NCBI GenBank assembly: GCA_017614505.1
Contig: JAGABT010000001.1
Span: 515 to 64,514 of the forward strand
Source: Selenomonadaceae bacterium
GTDB lineage: Bacteria > Bacillota > Negativicutes > Selenomonadales > Selenomonadaceae
DNA: 64,000 nucleotides
Direction of reading: 5' to 3'
Positions 17,114 to 27,000 of this stretch are shown here, piece after piece; the stretch's first letter is position 1; the number at the start of each line of letters is the position of its first letter. A model generated the notes under the pieces. It was not told the DNA's origin. It saw only the letters and a list, made by a program, of their open reading frames with translations, and did not search any database. The translations under genes and the position numbers were made by a program.

Positions 17114-20100
17114 TTGGCGAATAAAAATATTTTTGAGATGCTGAATCTGGAGTTCGATCCGCCCGATAATTTGAAGAAAATCCGCGCGGCGTATGAGAAC
17201 TGGAAAAAGCGTCTGACTGCAGAACTTAACACTACCGTCGACCCCACGCGCCTGGGCGTTATCAAATCCGAACTGGCTATGGATAACTACATCGTCCAGA
17301 TTATCGAGAACGCCCGCCTGCGCCAGCGCGAAGCCGAAGCTCTTAAGCAAATTCGCGTTGAACAGCTGCGCCTTTATATCGACCTCCAGCGCGGCAATAC
17401 TTCCGGCACGCTCCAGGTCAACCAGTCGCAAATCAAGCACATTCGCGACAAACTCAAGCTCAGCGCCGCCACGATTGAAGCCACTTACAGGGAGCAGGGC
17501 TTTATCGTCAAGCCCGAGCGCTCGACTAAATCTATCGCCGACAAGCTCAACGGCTTTTTTATTGCCGATTCGGTTATGGAGGAACTGCGCAAGAGTTTCG
17601 CCGACTTCCAGACCGTTCCCGACGAAAAAAATTATCCGTGGTCAGCGAATGTCAGCAACCTGTACGAACTTGCCTACTACCTCGAACATCAAATCGAACC
17701 TTCGGCAGATTTTTACAAGCGCCGCGATACCGATGACCTGCGCGAAATTTTCCGCGACGAGGCTAAAAAAGTTTCCGCGCCAATTCCAGCGTGGCAGTCT
17801 ATCAAAGCTCTCCTGAACCTCGCGCAGACGCAGATTTTCAATTCCGACGATAACCGTTTCAAGTACGACCATTCGCTCAGAATCGAGCGGCTCAGCGATT
17901 TTTTTGCCAAGCTCAAATCTGCGCCAGAAATTTTCAAGCGCGATAAATATTTCGCCGACAACTGCATTAACCGTATCCGCCGCACTTTCCCGAATCTCCT
18001 AAACTACGAATTGAGCGCCGCGCTTTACAACAAGGTTGCCGGTCTTTTGAACGACCCCTACGAATCCATCAGCGACGATAACGAAAATTTTTTCTGCATG
18101 ACCTGCTCGAACTGCGGAGCCTTTGAAAATTTCCGCACGCGCGAAGAGGCTGAACGCGCGTCCTGCAAAGTTTGCGGCGAAACTTTCTACGCAGAATGTC
18201 CAAAGTGCGGCAAGAAAGTTCCCGCCAACGCCGACCACTGCCCCGCCTGCGATTTTTCTTTGAGCGAACTGCGCCGCTTCAACTATTACGTCGACCACGC
18301 CAACGTTATGCTCGACCTGCTGGATCGCAGCGCCAAATCTTTTGAAGGCAGCCTCGAGGTCGTCATGGCGGAAATTATCGACAATCTTTCCAAAGCCAAA
18401 GTCGCCAAGCCCGAATCGCCCGAACTTACCAAAATCGAATGGCGCATTCACAAAATCTCCGCCGAAAATAAAAAGCGCGAACTTATCAAGTGGGCTGAGG
18501 CTAAACTGCCTGGTCTCAACACGCACCCCGATACCGCCGTCAGCGCCTGCATGGAAATTCTCCGCCGCATTAAAGACTACCGCCCCGCCCGCGACCGCCT
18601 GCGCCTTATCAAGCCTAAAAAGCCGCTGAGCGCTGAAGCCGTCATTCATAAATCCTCCAAAAGTTCCGCGCTCCAGAATACCGGCACGGCAACCGTTCTG
18701 GGCAGAATTTCCGTCAACGCCAAATCTTCCAGCACAAGCCTCGTCGCGCCCAGCTACAATCTCACCTGTACCGTGAACTGGCAGCCAGATAACGATCTCG
18801 GCGTCGTCTACACGGTCGTACGCAAAATCGACGGCATTCCGCAGAATTACCGCGACGGCGTGGTTATCGTCGAAGGCACTGACAAAATCGAGGCGGACGA
18901 TAACGACATCAAGCCAGGCGTTTTCTACGGCTACGCGGTTTTCGCCACGCGCCTCGGCGCCATTTCCGAACCAGCCACCTGCACCGCCGTTTTCTACAGC
19001 GACATCGACGAAAACAGACTCCTTGCCAAAACCGAGGACGGGCATTGCTCCTTCACGTGGAATTTGCCTTCGGATAACTGCCTCGGCGTGCGGATTATTC
19101 GCAGCGACAAAGATGGAAATACCGTCGTCGTGGCGGATTGCACGCAGTCTCCGTTCGTTGACCGGCTCGTTAAAAACCGCAAGCAGTATCAGTATTGCCT
19201 GCAGTGCGTCTACTATTCGGCGGCGGAAGTCGTACTCAACCGCGCGAAATTCTTAGCCGAAGCCAGCAGCGAAAATTTCAACCGCGTCTGGAAAATCGAC
19301 CAGGCTTTCCGCTACAGCAAGGGCTTGACTATCACGATGACGCCCGAACTTCCTCCGCGCCAGATTAAAAATCTTGAATATAAAGTTGTCGATAACCGCG
19401 TCCGATTCAGCTGGCAGTCGACCGGCGATTTCGAGCTGCTGTTCAAGGAAATTCCCGCCGATAAAAAAATTTCCGCTGAAACCGGCAAAATTTTCGACGC
19501 CGCTAAGCTTGAAGAAATTCTGGGCGAAGGCAAAATTCTCAACCGCGCCGAGAGTTCCGACCAGTTCTGCGAATTTGAACTCACCGGCGACATAATCAAA
19601 ATCGCCGCCGTCAGCGCAACTACCCATTCCGCGCTTGTCGACGAAATTATCACAATCGCCAACGTCGAGGACTGCGAAATTGACGCCGAAAAAACTCAAA
19701 TCGTCGGCAGGGATTTGAAACTCGTGCTGAAAAATCTGCCGAAAAATATTTACATGATTCATTACCGAATCAGCACCGACGAGGACGACGAAATTTACGC
19801 AACGGTTGAGGACGCCCGCGAACGCCACATGAATCGCATTTACGCCTCCAAGTACGAGCGCGACAGCTTTATCATGCAGCCGCACCTTCCGCAGCGCGAA
19901 CTTTTTGTGACGGTTATCGGCGAGTACAAGCTCAAAGACGGCACGACGATTTATTCTGAGCCGAGTACGCTGGCTGTCAACAATCGCCCGCGCGAAGAAA
20001 TTTCCTACCGCTTCGAGTGGGGCAAGAGCGGCTTGTTCAACAAAAAAAATCTGGCGAAAAATTGCAAGCTGATTGTTGAGAGCAAGGCTGAATCTACGCC

Positions 20101-20356
20101 GAAACTTTTCATAGCCTACCGCAAAGACCGCCGCGTCAACGTCGAGCTCAAGGACGAAGAAACGCGCGTCCTCCAGACAATTCCAGAATACAAGCACGGT
20201 TTTCCGAACGGGCGGCTTGAAATTCTTCTGCCTGACGAAATCTGGGAAGGCGTCGACCCAGGCACTGTGATTAAACTCCTGCCCGCCGAGGAAGATGAAA
20301 AATTTTTCGACCTCAAGGAATCTGACCTCGACAGCCTGACAGTTCCGAAGAAATGA
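17114..20356 (+). CDS. Large Hsp70-associated protein: J-like N-terminus lacking HPD, double zinc ribbon, and at least 2-3 FN3-like beta-sandwich repeats.
   Basis: A TTG at 17114 lies 5 nt after AGGTGA (17103-17108). Alternative starts are GTG 17105 and ATG 17138. NIFEMLNLEFDPPDNLKKIRAAYENWKKRL resembles J-domain helices I-II, but no HPD follows. Four CxxC pairs are encoded at 18095-18253. W...VY.V.R...G...Y.Y.V modules lie at about 18746-18994 and 19022-19219. Confidence 0.8.
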   Translation: MANKNIFEMLNLEFDPPDNLKKIRAAYENWKKRLTAELNTTVDPTRLGVIKSELAMDNYIVQIIENARLRQREAEALKQIRVEQLRLYIDLQRGNTSGTLQVNQSQIKHIRDKLKLSAATIEATYREQGFIVKPERSTKSIADKLNGFFIADSVMEELRKSFADFQTVPDEKNYPWSANVSNLYELAYYLEHQIEPSADFYKRRDTDDLREIFRDEAKKVSAPIPAWQSIKALLNLAQTQIFNSDDNRFKYDHSLRIERLSDFFAKLKSAPEIFKRDKYFADNCINRIRRTFPNLLNYELSAALYNKVAGLLNDPYESISDDNENFFCMTCSNCGAFENFRTREEAERASCKVCGETFYAECPKCGKKVPANADHCPACDFSLSELRRFNYYVDHANVMLDLLDRSAKSFEGSLEVVMAEIIDNLSKAKVAKPESPELTKIEWRIHKISAENKKRELIKWAEAKLPGLNTHPDTAVSACMEILRRIKDYRPARDRLRLIKPKKPLSAEAVIHKSSKSSALQNTGTATVLGRISVNAKSSSTSLVAPSYNLTCTVNWQPDNDLGVVYTVVRKIDGIPQNYRDGVVIVEGTDKIEADDNDIKPGVFYGYAVFATRLGAISEPATCTAVFYSDIDENRLLAKTEDGHCSFTWNLPSDNCLGVRIIRSDKDGNTVVVADCTQSPFVDRLVKNRKQYQYCLQCVYYSAAEVVLNRAKFLAEASSENFNRVWKIDQAFRYSKGLTITMTPELPPRQIKNLEYKVVDNRVRFSWQSTGDFELLFKEIPADKKISAETGKIFDAAKLEEILGEGKILNRAESSDQFCEFELTGDIIKIAAVSATTHSALVDEIITIANVEDCEIDAEKTQIVGRDLKLVLKNLPKNIYMIHYRISTDEDDEIYATVEDARERHMNRIYASKYERDSFIMQPHLPQRELFVTVIGEYKLKDGTTIYSEPSTLAVNNRPREEISYRFEWGKSGLFNKKNLAKNCKLIVESKAESTPKLFIAYRKDRRVNVELKDEETRVLQTIPEYKHGFPNGRLEILLPDEIWEGVDPGTVIKLLPAEEDEKFFDLKESDLDSLTVPKK

Positions 20357-20365
20357 GGTGACGCT

Positions 20366-21772
20366 ATGCGAGATGCTATTAGCCAAATTCTCGAAATCAT
20401 AACGAATAATTTCCCGAATGGCATACGCGACGACTTCATCGACATGAACCGTGTCGCGAAAATTTACTCGGAGAATCACGCGGGTGAAAATATTTCGCGG
20501 GATTTTGTTGCTGACTTCATTCGTGCGAACGGGATTGAAAAAGACGGGCGTTTTTATTTCATTTTCGGCGCCGCTTCTGAAAAACTCCTGCGGTTTATCG
20601 CTGAAATTTTGGACTCCAGTTTTATCGCCTACTATTCCAAAATCTACGAGTGCCACGCTAATTTTTTCGAGAGCTTGCATATTTTCTCGCCAGAAGTTCT
20701 TAGAAAAATTCTGCAGCGGATTGATATCGACAAGGAACATTTTTATTTCTCGGATTTTTGTTCCGCAAGAAAAATGAAATGGGCTGACTACGAAGCGGCG
20801 GAGTGGCTAGAAAACGAAGTTGCAAGAATTTTCATAGCCGCGGATAAAGCTCTTGCGCTGGAAGATTTGCAGGAAAAAATTCCCTACGTGCCGGCTGAAA
20901 AAATTTCTGAAGTTCTCTCTGACGCTCAAAAATATTTTCCGACGCGCGACGGCAAATATCTTCCCAATTCCAAAATCCAGTTCGACATCGACGAAATTCG
21001 CGCGGCTAAACGCAAAATAATCGCCAGCATAAACGCGAACGGTTGCGCTTCCACCGAGGAGTTCAGTTTAGCGTCTAACTTCGCACTCAATCCCGAACTT
21101 AGCGAAAAAGATTTGCGCCGCCTGATTTACGGCAGATTTTTCTCCGACTTAACCATACGCGGCAAAAAATTCTACAGGCAAGGCGCCGCCACTTCCACCA
21201 GCCAGACTAAAACTCTGCGCGAATTTATCGCCGGTCAAAATGAACTGACTGCCAACAAACTTTTTGCCTTCGCTGAAAGTATTGGCGCCGCCGTACATGT
21301 TACGTTATCCGTCGCCTACGAAACGATGGTTCGCGTCGATAAAAATCTTTTCGTTAAAGACGCGATGATAAAATTCGACGTTGCCGCTATCGACGAGGCG
21401 CTGGCTCCGTTCGTGCAGAAGAAAATTATTTCGCTGCAGTCCGTCACGAGTTTTACCGGCTTCCCGCCCGTCGAAGGCTATTCCTGGAATTTGTTCCTGC
21501 TCGAAAGTTTTCTGCGCAAGTTCAGCGAAAAGTACGTTTACGTCAAGCCCGCCACCAACAGCTCGAATCTCGGTGCAATTCACCCCAGCGCGATGAAATT
21601 TAAAGACTATCTCGACGTTCAGGCGGCGGTTATCCTTCAGGAAAATGTGCCGCTAGAAAAATCTGCCGTCGATGAGTTTCTGATGAATCACGGCTTCAGG
21701 GGCAAGCGCAGGGATAAAGTTATCGCGCGAATTATCGCCAGAGCTCAAGAATTTATTGAGGAAAGTTTCTAA
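20366..21772 (+). CDS. Hypothetical 468-aa protein, translationally coupled to brxP.
   Basis: SD GAGGTGA precedes the ATG. The stop overlaps the brxP start (TAATG at 21770-21774). I recognise no motif. Confidence 0.75.
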   Translation: MRDAISQILEIITNNFPNGIRDDFIDMNRVAKIYSENHAGENISRDFVADFIRANGIEKDGRFYFIFGAASEKLLRFIAEILDSSFIAYYSKIYECHANFFESLHIFSPEVLRKILQRIDIDKEHFYFSDFCSARKMKWADYEAAEWLENEVARIFIAADKALALEDLQEKIPYVPAEKISEVLSDAQKYFPTRDGKYLPNSKIQFDIDEIRAAKRKIIASINANGCASTEEFSLASNFALNPELSEKDLRRLIYGRFFSDLTIRGKKFYRQGAATSTSQTKTLREFIAGQNELTANKLFAFAESIGAAVHVTLSVAYETMVRVDKNLFVKDAMIKFDVAAIDEALAPFVQKKIISLQSVTSFTGFPPVEGYSWNLFLLESFLRKFSEKYVYVKPATNSSNLGAIHPSAMKFKDYLDVQAAVILQENVPLEKSAVDEFLMNHGFRGKRRDKVIARIIARAQEFIEESF

Positions 21773-24048
21773 TGTACAGCTACGAATTTGATGAGGAAAC
21801 CGGCGGGCTTCTGCTAAAGGATACCGAGGCGGCAATGTCTAAGGAGCCACGTCCAGTTTACGCCGAGGAAATGAATATTCTGGGCTTCGACCGCCGCTTG
21901 AACTACGAAAATCAAAATGATGTTCCCTACCTTTGGGCGGAGGCGGGGAATTATTTTTATCGTGGAAAAAAAATCGCCGTCGTCCGAGGCGGCTCGCTCT
22001 ACGAAAAACCTGCGCTGGAATTTGCTGAGGAGCTGCCGGCTGAAAAACTTTTGCCCGTCGACTTGAAAAAGATGTCCGAGAAAAATTCTGAGCTCATGGA
22101 AAATCTGCGCCAATCGACTATCAAGCGCATTTACAATTACTGGCGCGAGCGGCAGAAAAAACTTGACTGCTTCCACGTCGCGTTCAGCGGCGGCAAAGAT
22201 TCTGTCGTCCTTCTCGATTTGGTCAAGCACGCCCTGCCGAAATCCGCCTTTATCGTTGTCTTCGGCGATACCCATATGGAATTTCCCGACACCTACAAAA
22301 TCGTCGACGCGGTTGAGGCGCAGTGCAAGGCGGAAGGCATTGGTTTTTACCGCGCCGAATCGAAAATGCTCCCAGAGGAAAGCTGGAAACTTTTCGGTCC
22401 GCCGTCAACCGTTTTGCGCTGGTGCTGTTCCGTACACAAAGCCGCCCCCCAGACTTTGAAAATCCGCGAAATTTTGAACAAGCCCAATTTCGTCGGCGCT
22501 GATTTTGTCGGCGTTCGCGCTCAGGAAAGCGTCCGGCGGGCGGGCTACGACGTGGAAAATATCGGTATGAAACAGCGCGGGCAATATTCCCACAACTCAA
22601 TTCTTGAATGGGGTTCGGCGGAAATCTGGCTGTACATTTTTGCGCACGGTCTGCCAGTCAACGAAACCTACAAAAAAGGCAACTCTCGCGCGGGATGTCT
22701 TTTCTGCCCCATGAGCAGCGACAGGGCGAATTTTTTCCGTAACAACGCCTATCCGACCGAAGTCAGCCAGTTCACAGGTTACATTGCCGAAAATGTCACC
22801 GATGAAAATGTTGATTCGTACATAACAAACGGCGGCTGGATTAATCGCAGGAACGGCAGGGACTTGAAAAATCCAGTCGCCAACTACCGCGAAGAAATTT
22901 CCGGCGAATATTTCTGCATTACCGTAACAAATCCTAAAACCGACTGGCGCGAATGGATTAAAACGCTCGGCGAGACTGTTTTTCCCTACGAAGTTCAGGA
23001 ATCTGACGATAAAACCGTCGTCGCGAAATTCAAAGCCGTCTACGACAAAACGCCCACTGCGAAAATTTTCAAATTCGTTTTCCATAAAGTGGCGGCGTGC
23101 AAAGGCTGCAGAGTCTGCGAAGCGAATTGTCCGCACGGCGCTATTTCCTTCAAGGACGGCTTGCACGTCGACGAAAAAAAATGCGTCCATTGCTTTCAGT
23201 GCCACGCGATTGACAGAGGCTGCCTTGTTTATCATTCAAAAGAATTGCCGCTGGAAGGAGATAAAAAATTGAAACAGAGTTTAAATACTTTTGCCGACCA
23301 TGCCCCAAAGACCGAATGGCTGAAAGATTTTTTCGCCGCGCCAGATTCTTTCATGAAAAAAAATGACCTCGGTAAAAACCAGTTCGATTTCTTCCGGCGT
23401 TTTCTTTATGATTCGGAGCTTGCTGACAGAAAAAGCAGAACTGCTACCGGCTTTACCGAGCTTGTCAAAAAAATTGGCTGGAACACAGCAACGGCGTGGG
23501 GATTGATTTTAGTCAATCTTGCTTACAATAATCCGCAAGTTCGCTGGTACGTGGAAAATTTGCCAGTCGGTGAAGGAATTGCGCGCGAAGTTGTCGAAGA
23601 AAATCTACAGGCGGTTGAAGTTTCCGTTAAGGACTCCAAATCAATCGTCAAGGCGTTTAAGCGGCTGTGCGAAATACCGCTTGGCACAGAATTAAAATTT
23701 GGAACTACGACGAGCGAGGGGAAAAATCTTGCGACGCTGAAGCGTACGAAAGCGCGCGTCGACGACGGGCGGGTTATGCTGTACGCGCTGTACAAATTCG
23801 CGGAGGCAACTGGCGGCTGGTATCAGTTCACGCTGACGCGGCTGATGGGCGATTCAGATTCAGCGGGCGTTAGTCCGGCGAAACTTTTCGGCATCGAGCG
23901 CGAGGAAATGGAGCAGTTCATGAACGGCTTATCGACGAATTACCCCGACTTTCTGAACGCGACCTTCACGCACGACCTTGAAAAAATTTCGCTCGTCGCA
24001 GAAAAAACTTCGCAGGACGTTTTGGATTTGTTTGACATTGGGAGTTGA
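21772..24048 (+). CDS. brxP: BREX type 4 BrxP: PAPS-reductase/DndC-like PP-loop ATPase with a ferredoxin-type 4Fe-4S region.
   Basis: FHVAFSGGKDSVVLLDLV PP-loop, RWCCSVHK, and CKGCRVCEANCPHG...CVHCFQCH cluster motifs. Confidence 0.78.
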   Translation: MYSYEFDEETGGLLLKDTEAAMSKEPRPVYAEEMNILGFDRRLNYENQNDVPYLWAEAGNYFYRGKKIAVVRGGSLYEKPALEFAEELPAEKLLPVDLKKMSEKNSELMENLRQSTIKRIYNYWRERQKKLDCFHVAFSGGKDSVVLLDLVKHALPKSAFIVVFGDTHMEFPDTYKIVDAVEAQCKAEGIGFYRAESKMLPEESWKLFGPPSTVLRWCCSVHKAAPQTLKIREILNKPNFVGADFVGVRAQESVRRAGYDVENIGMKQRGQYSHNSILEWGSAEIWLYIFAHGLPVNETYKKGNSRAGCLFCPMSSDRANFFRNNAYPTEVSQFTGYIAENVTDENVDSYITNGGWINRRNGRDLKNPVANYREEISGEYFCITVTNPKTDWREWIKTLGETVFPYEVQESDDKTVVAKFKAVYDKTPTAKIFKFVFHKVAACKGCRVCEANCPHGAISFKDGLHVDEKKCVHCFQCHAIDRGCLVYHSKELPLEGDKKLKQSLNTFADHAPKTEWLKDFFAAPDSFMKKNDLGKNQFDFFRRFLYDSELADRKSRTATGFTELVKKIGWNTATAWGLILVNLAYNNPQVRWYVENLPVGEGIAREVVEENLQAVEVSVKDSKSIVKAFKRLCEIPLGTELKFGTTTSEGKNLATLKRTKARVDDGRVMLYALYKFAEATGGWYQFTLTRLMGDSDSAGVSPAKLFGIEREEMEQFMNGLSTNYPDFLNATFTHDLEKISLVAEKTSQDVLDLFDIGS

Positions 24049-27000
24049 CGGCGTTGGCTTACGAGGCAGATAAATATTTTGACTTCTTCGAGATAGACGA
24101 GGGCTTTTATCCGGAAATTAACGAGAGTTCCATTAAGGACGCGAAAAATCGCTGGCAGAACACTTTCCCGCACGCAGATATTATAGAGCTGCTGAAAATT
24201 ACTGAGCGGGCGCTGTCGCGTGCGAGCAACACCAGCAATAGAAGTTTATGGCTGGACGGCTCCTACGGTACCGGCAAATCGCGAATACTCTGGATGATGC
24301 AAAATCTTTTGTCCTGCCCCGAAACAGAGTTCGACGCCTACTTCGACGAGTACGACAACCTGCGCAGGGAAATTGACCTGCGCGAACGGCTCCGCACAAT
24401 CCGGCGCGGTAAAGTCATCACAGCGCTCCGCTACAGCACCGGCTCCATCACTTCGTCGCAGAAATTAATTTTCGCCGTCTTTGAAAGCCTCACCGCCGCG
24501 CTCAAAAGTTCCGGCTGCAAATTCGACGGCGCTAAAACCCTGTGCGGCAAAATCGCCAACTGGCTCGAAGCCGACGACGCTAACCGCGAGCTTTTCCGCG
24601 CCAAAATTAAGAAACGCGAATACATAATGTCCGGCAGCCTCCGAAACAGAAGCGTCGAAGAAATTATCGAACGCCTCAAAAATCCCAGCGCCAAAGTTTC
24701 TTATTTGGTCGAAGATATTCTCAAACTCGGCGAGCGCGAAGGGATTATCGCCTTCAAAATCGACATGAAGGATTTGACCGAATGGATTGCCGAAGTCATC
24801 GCCGAAAATAATCTGCAGGCGATTGTTTTGTTTTGGGACGAATTTTCCAAGTTCTTCGCCAATAACCGCAACAATCTCGACGAACTCCAGCGGCTGGCGG
24901 AACTTTCCAACATTGCGCCCTTTTATTTGTTCATCGCCACGCACCAGATTGAGGAACTGCCAGGCGCCGGTGAACAGGGTTTCAAAGTCGTCAGCGACAG
25001 ATTCATGACAAAGACAATTACCATGCCCGACAATATTGCCTTTGAACTTATCGGGCACGCGCTGAAAGTCAAGCCCGACGCTCAAAATACGTGGACTCAC
25101 ATTTCCGCCGCGCTCAGAGAACGTACCGCCGAGCCGCGAAAAGCTGTTATGAAATTTGATAAACTCCACAACGAAAAAATTTTGACTGACCTTTTGCCGA
25201 TTCACCCAATGACCGCAATTCTGCTGAAAAATCTCTCGGTATACTTCGCCTCCAATCAGCGGAGCATTTTCAATTTCATAAAGAACACCGACCCGAAAGT
25301 TAAGGCATTCCAGGATTTTATCAATACGAAAAGCCCGCTCAACGGCGATTTGCTGACGATTGATTATCTGTGGAATTTTTTTTATGAGAGCGGCACAGAC
25401 GAACACGGCGGTAGCGTCGGGCGTATGAATTTGCGTCCGTCAATCCGCGCGATTCTCGATTCCTATGCGCTCAACGAAAATAATCTCAGCGCCGACGAAA
25501 AAATTGTTTTGAAGGCGCTTCTTCTGTTTCAGGCAATTAACCAGGAGTCTCACGGTGTCATTGAACTTTTCCACCCCACTGAAAAAAATCTTGAACTGGC
25601 ATTTACCGGCGTCGCTGACATGGAAAACGGGCGCGCCGTCGCTATCGCAAACAATCTCGTCCGCAAAGATATTTTGTTCAAAAAGCCAGGCAAAATTGAA
25701 ACTTTCGCGGTTATGGCACTCGGCAGCGACTTCGCTGAAATCGAACGCCTCAAAAAAGACATTGCTGATAGAGTGCGAACTGCCGCGCTGCTCGAAGGCG
25801 CTGAACTAATCAAAGCTATGGAACTTGAACTTTCGCAGGCGCAGAAAGCCCGCTACGTTTTAGTTCCCGTTACCGCCGACAATTTCACGCTGACGATAAA
25901 CCGCCTCACCAACGAAGTCGAAACTTACCAAATCAAAGTCATCGTTTGCATTGCCCGCAACGAGGACGAACAGCATAAAATTCACAATCTGCTAAGCGGC
26001 GCGCTGAGTAATGAGCGCTACGACGGCTTAGTTTTTATCGACGCGTCGTCCAATACGATGAGTCAGGACATTTTCACGCGCTGGGTAGAAAATTCCGCCA
26101 GCGAACAGTACTGGCGCGGCAAGGACAACGCGCTCGCCGATAAGATGAAGGATAACGCCGTCGACTGCCTTAAGGAATGGAAAGGGTCTTTTGCAAAGGG
26201 TTCCTTCGTCTACTACCACGCCACGAAAACCGGCGACCGCGAAAAAATTTCCTGCCAGAATTTTGACGGCGTTAAGATGGAGATCACAGCAAACGTCCGC
26301 CGCCTTTACCCTTACTCCTTCGACGACGCTGATATTACCGCCACGCTTTTTCAGGTTACGAGTTTTAAAAATTTCGCTAAGGCGGGCGCCGAGCAAACCG
26401 AATATCAAATGCTCAAGCTCAAGGATATTAAAACCGTTTTGGGCGACGTCTGGCAGATGTCCCAAAATTACTGGGAAGTTTATCCGACCTTGAGTATTTC
26501 GCGGCTGAAAATCGAACTGGACGCGCTGATTAAATCTGAAATTGAAAGTGACGTCCGCATTTCCTTCGACGATATTTTCAGCTTCCTGCTCGAACGCGGG
26601 TTCATGCCGGTGAACATTTACGCGTTTCTGACGGGCTTTCTGCTGAAGGAATACGCCGGCGACCCCTACAGATTCAGCGCGGGGCTCGACGGGAATTTTG
26701 GCGGCGCGATGAATTCCGGCAAGCTGGCGGAATATGTTGCCGAGAGCATTAAGCAGGCGCAAAGCCAGTCGAAGAATTACCGCCCGAAATACCTTGAAAT
26801 TATGTCGCAGAATCAGCGGCAGTTCATGGAATTTGCGTCCAAAATTTTCGACGTGCAGGAAGATATTTCGGTGGAACAGAGCGCGCAGAAACTTCGGCTC
26901 AAGCTGATAAATCTCGGCTGCCCGATTTGGTGCTACGTCGACGCGGCGCCGGATAAGTACAAGGATTTTCTGCGGCTGCTGGCGGAAATTGCCAATTCCA

